DNA of 64,000 bases. It comes from Eledone cirrhosa. Lineage: Eukaryota. The stretch covers positions 29,822,001 to 29,886,000 of the forward strand of contig OZ024760.1 in the NCBI GenBank assembly GCA_964016885.1, written 5' to 3'. Made by a program: the position numbers and the translations under genes. Below the pieces are notes generated by a model. That model was not told the origin of the DNA, searched no databases, and worked only from the letters and a program-made list of their open reading frames with translations. Of the stretch, positions 40,001 to 56,900 are shown piece after piece (the first letter of the stretch is position 1; every line of letters begins with the position of its first letter).

Positions 40001-41900
40001 GTAATGTGTAATGTAATGTAATGTAATGTAATGTAATGTGTAATGTAATGTAATGTGTAATGTGTAATGTAATGTAATGTAATATAATGTAATGTAATGT
40101 AATGAAATGTAATGTGTAATGAAATGTAATGTAATGTAATGTAATGTAATGTAATGTGTAATGTAATGTAATGTAATGTAGTGTGTAATGTAATGTAATG
40201 TAATGTAATGTGTAATGTAATGTAATGTAATGTAATGTGTAATGTAATGTAATGTAATGTAATGTGTAATGTAATGTAATGTAATGTAATGTGTAATGTC
40301 ATGTAATTTAATGTAATGTAATGTAATGTGTAATGTAATGTAATGTAATGTGTAATGTAATGTAATGTAATATGTAATGTACTGTAATCTAATGTAATGT
40401 AATGTAATGTAATGTAATGTGTAATGTAATGTAATGTAATGTAATGGAATGTGTAATGTAATGTAATGTAATGTAATGTGTAATGTAATGTAATGTAATG
40501 TAATGTAATGTAATGTAATGTGTAATGTAATGTAATGTAATGTAATGTAATGTAATGTGTAATGTAATTTAATGTAATGTAATGTAATGTAATGTAATGT
40601 AATGTAATGTGTAATGTAATGTAATGTAATGTAATGTAATGTAATGTGTAATGTAATGTAATGTAATGTAATGTAATGTAATGTAATGTGTAATGTAACG
40701 TAATATAATGTAATGTAATGTAATGTAATGTAATGTAATGTAATGTAATGTGTAATGTAATTTAATGTAATGTAATGTAATGTAATGTAATGTGTAATGT
40801 AACGTAATATAATGTAATGTAATGTAATGTAATGTAATGTAATGTGTAATGTAATGTGTAATGTAATGTAATGTAATGTAATATATGTAATGTAATGTAA
40901 TGCAACGTAATGTAATGTGTAATGTAATGTAATGTAATGTGTAATGTAATGTAATGTAATCTAATGTGTAATGTAAAGTAATGTAATGTAATGTAATGTA
41001 ATGTAATGTGTAATGTAATGTAATCTAATGTAGTGTGTAATGTAATGTAATGTTATGTAATGTGTAATGTAATGTAAGGTAATGTTTAATGTAATGTAAT
41101 GTAATGTAATGTGTAATGTAATGTAATGTAATCTAATGTAATGTGTAATGTAATGTAATGTAATGTAATTTAATGTGTAATGTAATGTAATGTGTAATAT
41201 AATGTAATGTAATGTAACGTAATATAATGTGTAATGTAACGTAATGTAATGTAATGTAATGTAATGTAACGTGTAATGTAATGTAAGATAATGTGTAATG
41301 TAATGTAATGTGTAATGTAATGTAATGTAATGTAATATGTAATGTAATGTAATGTAATGTAATGTAATGTAATGTGTAATGTAATGTAATGTAATGTAAT
41401 GTAATGTAATGTAATGTAATGTGTAATGTAATGTGTAACGTAATGTAATGTAATGTAATGTAATGTAATGTAATGTAATGTAATGTGTAATGTAATGTAA
41501 TGTAATGTAATGTAATGTAATGTAATGTAATGTGTAATGTAATGTAATGTGTAATGTAATGTAATGTAATGTAATGTAATGTAATGTGTAATGTAATGTA
41601 ATGTAACGTGTAATGTAATGTAATGTAATGTAATGTGTAATGTAATGTAATGTAATCTAATGTAATGTAATGTGTAATGTAATGTAATGTAATGTAATAT
41701 AATGTAATGTAATGTGTAATGTAATGTAATGTAATGTAGTGTGTAATGTAATGTAATGTAATGTAATGTAATGTAATGTACTGTAATGTGTAATGTAATG
41801 TAATGTAATGTGTAATGTAATGTAATGTAATATAATGTAATGTAATGTGTAATGTAATGTAATGTAATGTAATGTGTAATGTAATGTAATGTAATGTGTA
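34100..41900. repeat. ~3.86-kb tandem duplication; boundaries approximate
   Basis: Rare GTAGTGTCTAAT at ~35399 and ~39260 and GGAAAGTG at 35636 and 39497, both offset by 3861 bp. Confidence 0.75.
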
Positions 41901-44900
41901 ATGTAATGTAATGTAATATAATGTAATGTAACGTAATGTAATGTAATGTAATGTAATGTAATGTAATGTAATATAATATAATACGTAATGTAATATAATA
42001 TAATGCGTAATGTAATGTAATGTAATGTGTAATGTAATGTAATGTAATGTAATGTAACGTAATTTAATGTAATGTAATGTAAATTAATGTAATTTGTAAT
42101 GTAATGTAATGTAATGTGTAAAGTAATGTAATGGAAAGTGTAACTTAATGTAATGTAATGTAATGTCATGTAATGTGTAATGTAGTGTAATGTAATGTAA
42201 TGTAATGTAATGTAATGTGTAATGTATTGTAATGTAACGTAATGTAATGTGTAATGTAATGTAATGTGTAATGTATTGTAATGTAATTTTTAATGTAATG
42301 TAATGTAATATAATGTGTAATGTGTAATGTAATGTAATGTAATATAATGTAATGTAATGTAATGTAACGTGTAATGTAATGTAATGTAATGTAATGTAAT
42401 GTAATGTAATGTAATGTAATGTGTAATGTGTAATGTAATGTGTAATGTAATGTAGTGTGTAATGTAATGTAATGTAATGTCATGTAATGTGTAATGTAAT
42501 GTAATGTAATGTAGTGTGTAATGTAATGTAATGTAATGTAATGTGTAATATAATGTAATGTAATGTAATGTAATGTGTAATGTAATGTAACGTAATGTAA
42601 TGTAATGTGTAATGTAATGTAATGTAATGTAATGTAATGTAATGTGTAATGTAATGTAATGTGTAATGTGTAATGTAATGTAATGTAATATAATGTAATG
42701 TAATGTAATGAAATGTAATGTGTAATGAAATGTAATGTAATGTAATGTAATGTAATGTAATGTGTAATGTAATGTAATGTAATGTAGTGTGTAATGTAAT
42801 GTAATGTAATGTAATGTGTAATGTAATGTAATGTAATGTAATGTGTAATGTAATGTAATGTAATGTAATGTGTAATGTAATGTAATGTAATGTAATGTGT
42901 AATGTCATGTAATTTAATGTAATGTAATGTAATGTGTAATGTAATGTAATGTAATGTGTAATGTAATGTAATGTAATTTGTAATGTACTGTAATCTAATG
43001 TAATGTAATGTAATGTAATGTAATGTGTAATGTAATGTAATGTAATGTAATGGAATGTGTAATGTAATGTAATGTAATGTAATGTGTAATGTAATGTAAT
43101 GTAATGTAATGTAATGTAATGTAATGTAATGTGTAATGTAATGTAATGTAATGTAATGTAATGTAATGTAATGTGTAATGTAATTTAATGTAATGTAATG
43201 TAATGTAATGTAATGTAATGTAATGTAATGTAATGTGTAATGTAATGTAATGTAATGTAATGTAATGTAATGTGTAATGTAATGTAATGTAATGTAATGT
43301 AATGTAATGTAATGTAATGTAATGTGTAATGTAACGTAATATAATGTAATGTAATGTAATGTAATGTAATGTAATGTAATGTAATGTGTAATGTAATTTA
43401 ATGTAATGTAATGTAATGTAATGTAATGTAATGTAATGTGTAATGTAATGTGTAATGTAATGTAATGTAATGTAATATATGTAATGTAATGTAATGCAAC
43501 GTAATGTAATGTGTAATGTAATGTAATGTAATGTGTAATGTAATGTAATGTAATGTAATGTAATCTGTAATGTAATGTAATCTAATGTGTAATGTAAAGT
43601 AATGTAATGTAATGTAATGTAATGTAATGTAATGTGTAATGTAATGTAATCTAATGTAGTGTGTAATGTAATGTAATGTTATGTAATGTGTAATGTAATG
43701 TAATGTAATGTTTAATGTAATGTAATGTAATGTAATGTGTAATGTAATGTAATGTAATCTAATGTAATGTGTAATGTAATGTAATGTAATGTAATTTAAT
43801 GTGTAATGTAATGTAATGTGTAATATAATGTAATGTAATGTAACGTAATATAATGTGTAATGTAACGTAATGTAATGTAATGTAATGTAATGTAATGTAA
43901 CGTGTAATGTAATGTAAGATAATGTGTAATGTAATGTAATGTGTAATGTAATGTAATGTAATATGTAATGTAATGTAATGTAATGTAATGTAATGTAATG
44001 TGTAATGTAATGTAATGTAATGTAATGTAATGTAATGTAATGTAATGTAATGTAATGTGTAATGTAATGTGTAACGTAATGTAATGTAATGTAATGTAAT
44101 GTAATGTAATGTAATGTAATGTGTAATGTAATGTAATGTAATGTAATGTAATGTAATGTAATGTGTAATGTAATGTAATGTGTAATGTAATGTAATGTAA
44201 TGTAATGTAATGTAATGTGTAATGTAATGTAATGTAACGTGTAATGTAATGTAATGTAATGTGTAATGTAATGTAATGTAATCTAATGTAATGTAATGTG
44301 TAATGTAATGTAATGTAATGTAATATAATGTAATGTAATGTAATGTGTAATGTAATGTAATGTAATGTAGTGTGTAACGTAATGTAATGTAATGTACTGT
44401 AATGTGTAATGTAATGTAATGTAATGTGTAATGTAATGTAATGTAATATAATGTAATGTAATGTGTAATGTAATGTAATGTAATGTAATGTGTAATGTAA
44501 TGTAATGTAATGTGTAATGTAATGTAATGTAATATAATGTAATGTAACGTAATGTAATGTAATGTAATGTAATGTAATGTAATATAATATAATACGTAAT
44601 GTAATATAATATAATGCGTAATGTAATGTAATGTAATGTGTAATGTAATGTAATGTAATGTAATGTAACGTAATTTAATGTAATGTAATGTAAATTAATG
44701 TAATTTGTAATGTAATGTAATGTAATGTGTAAAGTAATGTAATGGAAAGTGTAACGTAATGTAATGTAATGTAATGTCATGTAATGTGTAATGTAGTGTA
44801 ATGTAATGTAATGTAATGTAATGTAATGTGTAATGTATTGTAATGTAACGTAATGTAATGTGTAATGTAATGTAATGTGTAATGTAATGTAATGTAATGT

Positions 44901-47900
44901 GTAATGTAATGTAATGTAATGTAATGTGTAATGTGTAATGTAATGTAATGTAATATAATGTAATGTAATGTAATGTAACGTGTAATATAATGTAATGTAA
45001 TGTAATGTAATGTAATGTAATGTAATGTGTAATGTGTAATGTAATGTAATGTAATGTGTAATGTAATGTAATGTAATGTGTAATGTAATGTAGTGTGTAA
45101 TGTAATGTAATGTAATGTAATGTCATGTAATGTGTAATGTAATGTAATGTAATGTAGTGTGTAATGTAATGTAATGTAATGTAATGTGTAATGTAATGTA
45201 ATGTAATGTAATGTGTAATGTAATGTAACGTAATGTAATGTAATGTGTCATGTAATGTAATGTAATGTAATGTAATGTAATGTGTAATGTAATGTAATGT
45301 GTAATGTGTAATGTAATGTAATGTAATATAATGTAATGTAATGTAATGAAATGTAATGTGTAATGAAATGTAATGTAATGTAATGTAATGTAATGTAATG
45401 TGTAATGTAATGTAATGTAATGTAGTGTGTAATGTAATGTAATGTAATGTAATGTGTAATGTAATGTAATGTAATGTAATGTGTAATGTAATGTAATGTA
45501 ATGTAATGTGTAATGTAACGTAATGTAATGTAATGTGTAATGTCATGTAATTTAATGTAATGTAATGTAATGTGTAATGTAATGTAATGTAATGTGTAAT
45601 GTAATGTAATTTGTAATGTACTGTAATCTAATGTAATGTAATGTAATGTAATGTAATGTGTAATGTAATGTAATGTAATGTAATGGAATGTGTAATGTAA
45701 TGTAATGTAATGTAATGTGTAATGTAATGTAATGTAATGTAATGTAATGTAATGTAATGTAATGTGTAATGTAATGTAATGTAATGTAATGTAATGTAAT
45801 GTGTAATGTAATTTAATGTAATGTAATGTAATGTAATGTAATGTAATGTAATGTAATGTAATGTAATGTGTAATGTAATGTAATGTAATGTAATGTGTAA
45901 TGTAATGTAATGTAATGTAATGTAATGTAATGTAATGTAATGTGTAATGTAACGTAATATAATGTAATGTAATGTAATGTAATGTAATGTAATGTAATGT
46001 AATGTGTAATGTAATTTAATGTAATGTAATGTAATGTAATGTAATGTAATGTGTAATGTAATGTGTAATGTAATGTAATGTAATGTAATATATGTAATGT
46101 AATGTAATGCAACGTAATGTAATGTGTAATGTAATGTAATGTAATGTGTAATGTAATGTAATGTAATGTAATGTAATCCGTAATGTAATGTAATCTAATG
46201 TGTAATGTAAAATAATGTAATGTAATGTAATGTAATGTAATGTGTAATGTAATGTAATCTAATGTAGTGTGTAATGTAATGTAATGTTTTGTAATGTGTA
46301 ATGTAATGTAATGTAATGTTTAATGTAATGTAATGTAATGTAATGTGTAATGTAATGTAACGTAATCTAATGTAATGTGTAATGTAATGTAATGTAATTT
46401 AATGTGTAATGTAATGTAATGTGTAATATAATGTAATGTAATGTAATGTAATGTAATGTGTAATGTAATTTAATGTAATGTAATGTAATGTAATGTAATG
46501 TAATGTAATGTAATGTAATGTAATGTAATGTGTAATGTAATGTAATGTAATGTAATGTAATGTAACGTGTAATGTAATGTAAGATAATGTGTAATGTAAT
46601 GTAATGTGTAATGTAATGTAATGTAATGTAATGTAATGTAATGTAATGTGTAATGTAATGTAATGTAATGTAATGTAATGTAATGTAATGTGTAATGTAA
46701 TGTGTAACGTAATGTAATGTAATGTAATGTAATGTAATGTAATGTAATGTGTAATGTAATGTAATGTAATGTAATGTAATGTAATGTAATGTAATGTGTA
46801 ATGTAATGTAATGTGTAATGTAATGTAATGTAATGTAATGTAATGTAATGTAATGTGTAATGTAATGTAATGTAATCTAATGTAATGTAATGTGTAATGT
46901 AATGTAATGTAATGTAATATAATGTAATGTAATGTAATGTGTAATGTAATGTAATGTAATGTAGTGTGTAATGTAATGTAATGTAATGTAATGTAATGTA
47001 CTGTAATGTGTAATGTAATGTAATGTAATGTGTAATGTAATGTAATGTAATATAATGTAATGTAATGTGTAATGTAATGTAATGTAATGTAATGTGTAAT
47101 GTAATGTAATGTAATGTGTAATGTAATGTAATGTAATATAATGTAATGTAACGTAATGTAATGTAATGTAATGTACTGTAATGTAATGTAATATAATATA
47201 ATACGTAATGTAATATAATATAATGCGTAATGTAATGTAATGTAATGTGTAATGTAATATAATGTAATGTAATGTAATGTAACGTAATTTAATGTAATGT
47301 AATGTAATGTAATGTAATTTGTAATGTAATGTAATGTAATGTGTAAAGTAATGTAATGGAAAGTGTAATGTAATGTAATGTAATGTAATGTCATGTAATG
47401 TGTAATGTAGTGTAATGTAATGTAATGTAATGTAATGTAATGTAATGTGTAATGTAATGTAATGTAACGTAATGTAATGTGTAATGTAATGTAATGTGTA
47501 ATGTAATGTAATGTAATGTGTAATGTAATGTAATGTGTAATGTAATGTGTAATGTAATGTAATGTGTAATGTAATGTGTAATGTAATGTAATGTAATGTA
47601 ATGTAATGTAATGTAATTTGTAATGTAATGTAATGTAATGTGTAAAGTAATGTAATGGAAAGTGTAATGTAATGTAATGTAATGTAATGTCATGTAATGT
47701 GTAATGTAGTGTAATGTAATGTAATGTAATGTAATGTAATGTAATGTGTAATGTAATGTAATGTAACGTAATGTAATGTGTAATGTAATGTGTAATGTAA
47801 TGTAATGTAATGTAATGTGTAATGTAATGTAATGTGTAATGTAATGTAATGTAATATAATGTAATGTAATGTAATGTAACGTGTAATATAATGTAATGTA

Positions 47901-50900
47901 ATGTAATGTAATGTAATGTAATGTAATGTAATGTAATGTGTAATGTGTAATGTAATGTAATGTGTAATGTAATGTAATGTAATGTGTAATGTAATGTAGT
48001 GTGTAATGTAATGTAATGTAATGTAATGGAATGTAATGTAATGTGTAATGTAATGTAATGTAATGTAGTGTGTAATGTAATGTAATGTAATGTAATGTGT
48101 AATGTAATGTAATGTAATGTAATGTAATGTGTAATGTAATGTAATGTGTAATGTAATGTAATGTAATGTAATGTAATGTGTAATGTAATGTAATGTAATG
48201 TAATGTAATATATGTAATGTAATGTAATGCAATGTAATGTAATGTGTAATGTAATGTAATGTAATGTGTAATGTAATGTAATGTAATGTAATGTAATGTA
48301 ATGTAATGTGTAATGTAATGTAATCTAATGTGTAATGTAAAGTAATGTAATGTAATGTAATGTAATGTAATGTAATGTAATGTGTAATGTAATGTAATCT
48401 AATGTATTGTGTAATGTAATGTAATGTTATGTAATGCGTAATGTAATGTAATGTACTGTGTAATGTAATGTAATGTAATGTAATGTAATGTATTGTAATG
48501 TAATGTGTAATGTAATGTAATGTAATGTAATGTAATGTAATTTAATGTGTAATGTAATGTAATGTGTAATATAATGTAATGTAATGTAATGTAATGTAAT
48601 GTGTAATGTAATGTAATGTAATGTAATGTAACGTGTAATGTAATGTAATGTAATGTGTAATGTAATGTAATGTAATGTAATATGTAATGTAATGTAATGT
48701 AATGTAATGTAATGTAATGTAATGTGTAATGTAATGTAATGTAATGTAATGTAATGTGTAATGTAATGTGAAAGGTAATGTAATGTAATGTAATGTGTAA
48801 TGTAATGTAATGTAATGTAATGTAATGTAATGTAATGTGTAATGTAATGTAATGTAATGTAATGTGTAATGTAATGTAATGTAATGTAATGTAATGTAAT
48901 GTGTAATGTAATGTAATGTGTAATGTAATGTAATGTAATGTAATGTGTAATGTAATGTAATGTAATATAATGTGTAATGTAATGTAATGTAACGTGTAAT
49001 GTAATGTAATGTGTAATGTAATGTAATGTAATGTAATGTAATGTGTAATGTAATGTAATGTAATGTAATATAATGTAATGTAATGTAATGTAATGTAATG
49101 TGTAATGTAATGTAATGTAATGTAATATAATGTAATGTAATGTAATGTAATGTAATATAATGTAATGTAATGTAATGTGTAATGTAATGTAATGTAATGT
49201 AGTGTGTAATGTAATGTAATGTAATGTAATGTAATGTGTAATGTAATGTAATGTAATGTAATGTGTAATGTAATGTAATGTAATGTGTAATGTATTGTAA
49301 TGTAATGTGTAATGTAATGTAATGTAATGTAATGTGTAATGTAATGTAATGTGTAATGTAATGTAATGTAATGTAATATATGTAATGTAATGTAATGCAA
49401 CGTAATGTAATGCGTAATGTAATGTAATGTAATGTGTAATGTAATGTAATGTAATGTAATGTAATCTGTAATGTAATGTAATCTAATGTGTAATGTAAAG
49501 TAATGTAATGTAATGTAATGTAATGTGTAATGTAATGTAATCTAATGTAGTGTGTAATGTAATGTAATGTTATGTAATGTGTAATGTAATGTAATGTGTA
49601 ATATAATGTAATGTAATGTAATATGTAATGTAATGTAATGTAATGTAATGTAATGTAATGTGTAATGTAATGTAATGTAATGTAATGTAATGTAATGTAA
49701 TGTAATGTGTAATGTAATGTGTAACGTAATGTAATGTAATGTAATGTAATGTAATGTAATGTAATGTAATGTAATGTAATGTAATGTAATGTAATGTGTA
49801 ATGTAATGTAATGTAATGTAATGTAATGTAATGTAATGTAATGTAATGTAATGTGTAATGTAATGTAATGTGTAATGTAATGTAATGTAATGTAATGTAA
49901 TGTAATGTGTAATGTAATGTAATTTAACGTGTAATGTAATGTAATGTAATGTAATGTGTAATGTAATGTAATGTAATGTAATATAATGTAATGTAATGTA
50001 ATGTGTAATGTAATGTAATGTAATGTAATGTGTAATGTAATGTAATGTAATGTAATGTAATGTAATGTACTGTAATGTGTAATGTAATGTAATGTAATGT
50101 GTAATGTAATGTAATGTAATATAATGTAATATAATGTGTAATGTAATGTAATGTAATGTAATGTGTAATGTAATGTAATGTAATGTAGTGTGTAATGTAA
50201 TGTAATGTAATATAATGTAATGTAACGTAATGTAATGTAATGTAATGTAATGTAATGTAATGTAATATAATATAATGCGTAATGTAATATAATATAATGC
50301 GTAATGTAATGTAATGTAATGTGTAATGTAATGTAATGTAATGTAATGTAACGTAATTTAATGTAATGTAATGTAATGTAATGTAATTTGTAATGTAATG
50401 TAATGTAATGTGTAAAGTAATGTAATGGAAAGTGTAACGTAATGTAATGTAATGTAATGTCATGTAATGTGTAATGTAGTGTAATGTAATGTAATGTAAT
50501 GTGTAATGTATTGTAATGTAACGTAATGTAATGTGTAATGTAATGTAATGTGTAATGTAATGTAATGTAATGTGTAATGTAATGTAATGTAATGTAATGT
50601 AATGTGTAATGTGTAATGTGTAATGTAATGTAATGTAATATAATGTAATGTAATGTAATGTAACGTGTAATATAATGTAATGTAATGTAATGTAATGTAA
50701 TGTAATGTAATGTAATGTAATGTAATGTAATGTAATGTAATGTGTAATGTGTAATGTAATGTAATGTAATGTGTAATGTAATGTAATGTAATGTGTAATG
50801 TGTAATGTAATGTAATGTAATGTGTAATGTAATGTAGTGTGTAATGTAATGTAATGTAATGTAATGTCATGTAATGTGTAATGTAATGTAATGTAATGTG

Positions 50901-53900
50901 TAATGTAATGTAATGTAATTTGTAATGTACTGTAATCTAATGTAATGTAATGTAATGTAATGTAATGTGTAATGTAATGTAATGTAATGTAATGGAATGT
51001 GTAATGTAATGTAATGTAATGTAATGTGTAATGTAATGTAATGTGTAATGTAATGTAATGTAATGTGTAATATAATGTAATGTAATGTAATATGTAATGT
51101 AATGTAATGTAATGTAATGTAATGTGTAATGTAATGTAATGTAATGTAATGTAATGTAATGTAATGTAATGTAATGTAATGTGTAATGTAATGTAACGTA
51201 ATGTAATGTAATGTGTAATGTAATGTAATGTAATGTAATGTAATGTGTAATGTAATGTAATGTGTAATGTGTAATGTAATGTAATGTAATATAATGTAAT
51301 GTAATGTAATGAAATGTAATGTGTAATGAAATGTAATGTAATGTAATGTAATGTAATGTAATGTGTAATGTAATGTAATGTAATGTAGTGTGTAATGTAA
51401 TGTAATGTAATGTAATGTGTAATGTAATGTAATGTAATGTAATGTCTAATGTAATGTAATGTAATGTAATGTGTAATGTAATGTAATGTAATGTAATGTG
51501 TAATGTCATGTAATTTAATGTAATGTAATGTAATGTGTAATGTAATGTAATGTAATGTGTAATGTAATGTAATGTAATTTGTAATGTACTGTAATCTAAT
51601 GTAATGTAATGTAATGTAATGTAATGTGTAATGTAATGTAATGTAATGGAATGGAATGTGTAATGTAATGTAATGTAATGTAATGTGTAATGTAATGTAA
51701 TGTAATGTAATGTAATGTAATGTAATGTAATGTAATGTAATGTGTAATGTAATGTAATGTAATGTAATGTAATGTAATGTAATGTGTAATGTAATGTGTA
51801 ATGTAATTTAATGTAATGTAATGTAATGTAATGTAATGTAATGTAATGTGTAATGTAATGTGTAATGTAATGTAATGTAATGTAATATATGTAATGTAAT
51901 GTAATGTAATGCAACGTAATGTAATGTGTAATGTAATGTAATGTAATGTGATGTAATGTAATCTGTAATGTAATGTAATCTAATGTGTAATGTAAAGTAA
52001 TGTAATGTAATGTAATGTAATGTAATGTGTAATGTAATGTAATCTAATGTAGTGTGTAATGTAATGTAATGTTATGTAATGTGTAATGTAATGTAATGTA
52101 ATGTAATGTAATGTGTAATGTAATGTAATGTAATGTAATGTAATGTAATGTAATGTAATGTAATGTAATGTAATGTAATGTGTAATGTAATGTAATGTAA
52201 TGTAATGTGTAATGTAGTGTAATGTAATGTAATGTAATGTAATGTAATTTAATGTGTAATGTAATGTAATGTGTAATATAATGTAATGTAATGTAACGTA
52301 ATATAATGTGTAATGTAACGTAATGTAATGTAATGTAATGTAATGTAACGTGTAATGTAATGTAAGATAATGTGTAATGTAATGTAATGTGTAATGTAAT
52401 GTAATGTAATGTGTAATGTAATGTAATGTAATGTAATGTAATGTAATGTAATGTAATGTAATGTAATGTGTAATGTAATGTAATGTGTAATGTAATGTAA
52501 TGTAATGTAATGTAATGTAATGTGTAATGTAATGTAATGTAACGTGTAATGTAATGTAATGTAATGTAATGTGTAATGTAATGTAATGTAATCTAATGTA
52601 ATGTAATGTGTAATGTAATGTAATGTAATGTAATATAATGTAATGTAATGTAATGTGTAATGTAATGTAATGTAATGTAGTGTGTAACGTAATGTAATGT
52701 AATGTACTGTAATGTGTAATGTAATGTAATGTAATGTGTAATGTAATGTAATGTAATATAATGTAATGTAATGTGTAATGTAATGTAATGTAATGTAATG
52801 TGTAATGTAATGTAATGTAATGTGTAATGTAATGTAATGTAATATAATGTAATGTAACGTAATGTAATGTAATGTAATGTAATGTAATGTAATGTAATAT
52901 AATATAATACGTAATGTAATATAATATAATGCGTAATGTAATGTAATGTAATGTGTAATGTAATGTAATGTAATGTAATGTAACGTAATTTAATGTAATG
53001 TAATGTAAATTAATGTAATTTGTAATGTAATGTAATGTAATGTGTAAAGTAATGTAATGGAAAGTGTAACGTAATGTAATGTAATGTAATGTCATGTAAT
53101 GTGTAATGTAGTGTAATGTAATGTAATGTAACGTAATGTAATGTGTAATGTAATGTAATGTGTAATGTAATGTAATGTAATGTGTAATGTAATGTAATGT
53201 AATGTAATGTGTAATGTGTAATGTAATGTAATGTAATATAATGTAATGTAATGTAATGTAACGTGTAATATAATGTAATGTAATGTAATGTAATGTAATG
53301 TAATGTAATGTAATGTAATGTAATGTAATGTGTAATGTGTAATGTAATGTAATGTAATGTGTAATGTAATGTAATGTAATGTGTAATGTAATGTAGTGTG
53401 TAATGTAATGTAATGTAATGTAATGTCATGTAATGTGTAATGTAATGTAATGTAATGTAGTGTGTAATGTAATGTAATGTAATGTAATGTGTAATGTAAT
53501 GTAATGTAATGTAATGTGTAATGTAATGTAACGTAATGTAATGTAATGTGTAATGTAATGTAATGTAATGTAATGTAATGTAATGTGTAATGTAATGTAA
53601 TGTGTAATGTGTAATGTAATGTAATGTAATATAATGTAATGTAATGTAATGAAATGTAATGTGTAATGAAATGTAATGTAATGTAATGTAATGTAATGTA
53701 ATGTAATGTAATGTAATGTAATGTAATGTAATGTAATGTAATGTGTAATGTAATGTGTAACGTAATGTAATGTAATGTAATGTAATGTAATGTAATGTGT
53801 AATGTAATGTAATGTAATGTAATGTAATGTAATGTAATGTAATGTAATGTAATGTGTAATGTAATGTAATGTGTAATGTAATGTAATGTAATGTAATGTA

Positions 53901-56900
53901 ATGTAATGTGTAATGTAATGTAATGTAACGTGTAATGTAATGTAATGTAATGTAATGTGTAATGTAATGTAATGTAATCTAATGTAATGTAATGTGTAAT
54001 GTAATGTAATGTAATGTAATATAATGTAATGTAATGTAATGTGTAATGTAATGTAATGTAATGTAGTGTGTAATGTAATGTAATGTAATGTAATGTAATG
54101 TACTGTAATGTGTAATGTAATGTAATGTAATGTGTAATGTAATGTAATGTAATATAATGTAATGTAATGTGTAATGTAATGTAATGTAATGTAATGTGTA
54201 ATGTAATGTAATGTAATGTGTAATGTAATGTAATGTAATATAATGTAATGTAACGTAATGTAATGTAATGTAATGTACTGTAATGTAATGTAATATAATA
54301 TAATACGTAATGTAATATAATATAATGCGTAATGTAATGTAATGTAATGTGTAATGTAATATAATGTAATGTAATGTAATGTAACGTAATTTAATGTAAT
54401 GTAATGTAATGTAATGTAATTTGTAATGTAATGTAATGTAATGTGTAAAGTAATGTAATGGAAAGTGTAATGTAATGTAATGTAATGTAATGTCATGTAA
54501 TGTGTAATGTAGTGTAATGTAATGTAATGTAATGTAATGTAATGTGTAATGTAATGTAATGTAACGTAATGTAATGTGTAATGTAATGTAATGTGTAATG
54601 TAATGTAATGTAATGTGTAATGTAATGTAATGTAATGTAATGTGTAATGTAATGTAATGTGTAATGTAATGTAATGTAATATAATGTAATGTAATGTAAT
54701 GTAACGTGTAATATAATGTAATGTAATGTAATGTAATGTAATGTAATGTAATGTAATGTAATGTGTAATGTGTAATGTAATGTAATGTGTAATGTAATGT
54801 AATGTAATGTGTAATGTAATGTAGTGTGTAATGTAATGTAATGTAATGTAATGGAATGTAATGTAATGTGTAATGTAATGTAATGTAATGTAGTGTGTAA
54901 TGTAATGTAATGTAATGTAATGTGTAATGTAATGTAATGTAATGTAATGTAATGTGTAATGTAATGTAATGTGTAATGTAATGTAATGTAATGTAATGTA
55001 ATGTGTAATGTAATGTAATGTAATGTAATATATGTAATGTAATGTAATGCAATGTAATGTAATGTGTAATGTAATGTAATGTAATGTGTAATGTAATGTA
55101 ATGTAATGTAATGTAATGTAATGCAATGTAATGTAATGTGTAATGTAAAGTAATGTAATGTAATGTAATGTAATGTAATGTAATGTAATGTGTAATGTAA
55201 TGTAATCTAATGTATTGTGTAATGTAATGTAATGTTATGTAATGCGTAATGTAATGTAATGTAATGTGTAATGTAATGTAATGTAATGTAATGTAATGTA
55301 ATGTAATGTAATGTAATGTGTAATGTAATGTAATGTAATGTAATGTAATGTAATTTAATGTGTAATGTAATGTAATGTGTAATATAATGTAATGTAATGT
55401 AATGTAATGTAATGTGTAATGTAATGTAATGTAATGTAATGTAACGTGTAATGTAATGTAATGTAATGTGTAATGTAATGTAATGTAATGTAATATGTAA
55501 TGTAATGTAATGTAATGTAATGTAATGTAATGTAATGTGTAATGTAATGTAATGTAATGTAATGTAATGTGTAATGTAATGTGAAAGGTAATGTAATGTA
55601 ATGTAATGTGTAATGTAATGTAATGTAATGTAATGTAATGTAATGTAATGTGTAATGTAATGTAATGTAATGTAATGTGTAATGTAATGTAATGTAATGT
55701 AATGTAATGTAATGTGTAATGTAATGTAATGTGTAATGTAATGTAATGTAATGTAATGTAATGTGTAATGTAATGTAATGTAATATAATGTGTAATGTAA
55801 TGTAATGTAACGTGTAATGTAATGTAATGTGTAATGTAATGTAATGTAATGTAATGTAATGTGTAATGTAATGTAATGTAATGTAATATAATGTAATGTA
55901 ATGTAATGTAATGTAATGTGTAATGTAATGTAATGTAATGTAATATAATGTAATGTAATGTAATGTAATGTAATATAATGTAATGTAATGTAATGTGTAA
56001 TGTAATGTAATGTAATGTAGTGTGTAATGTAATGTAATGTAATGTAATGTGTAATGTAATGTAATGTAATGTAATGTGTAATGTAATGTAATGTAATGTG
56101 TAATGTAATGTAATGTAATGTGTAATGTAATGTAATGTAATGTAATGTGTAATGTAATGTAATGTGTAATGTAATGTAATGTAATGTAATATATGTAATG
56201 TAATGTAATGCAACGTAATGTAATGTGTAATGTAATGTAATGTAATGTGTAATGTAATGTAATGTAATGTAATGTAATCTGTAATGTAATGTAATCTAAT
56301 GTGTAATGTAAAGTAATGTAATGTAATCTAATGTGTAATGTAAAGTAATGTAATGTAATGTAATGTAATGTGTAATGTAATGTAATCTAATGTAGTGTGT
56401 AATGTAATGTAATGTTATGTAATGTGTAATGTAATGTAATGTGTAATATAATGTAATGTAATGTAATATGTAATGTAATGTAATGTAATGTAATGTAATG
56501 TGTAATGTAATGTAATGTAATGTAATGTAATGTAATGTAATGTGTAATGTAATGTGTAACGTAATGTAATGTAATGTAATGTAATGTAATGTAATGTAAT
56601 GTAATGTAATGTAATGTAATGTGTAATGTAATGTAATGTAATGTAATGTAATGTAATGTAATGTAATGTAATGTGTAATGTAATGTAATGTGTAATGTAA
56701 TGTAATGTAATGTGTAATGTAATGTAATGTAATTTGTAATGTACTGTAATCTAATGTAATGTAATGTAATGTAATGTAATGTGTAATGTAATGTAATGTA
56801 ATGGAATGGAATGTGTAATGTAATGTAATGTAATGTGTAATGTAATGTAATGTAATGTAATGTAATGTAATGTAATGTAATGTAATGTAATGTAATGTGT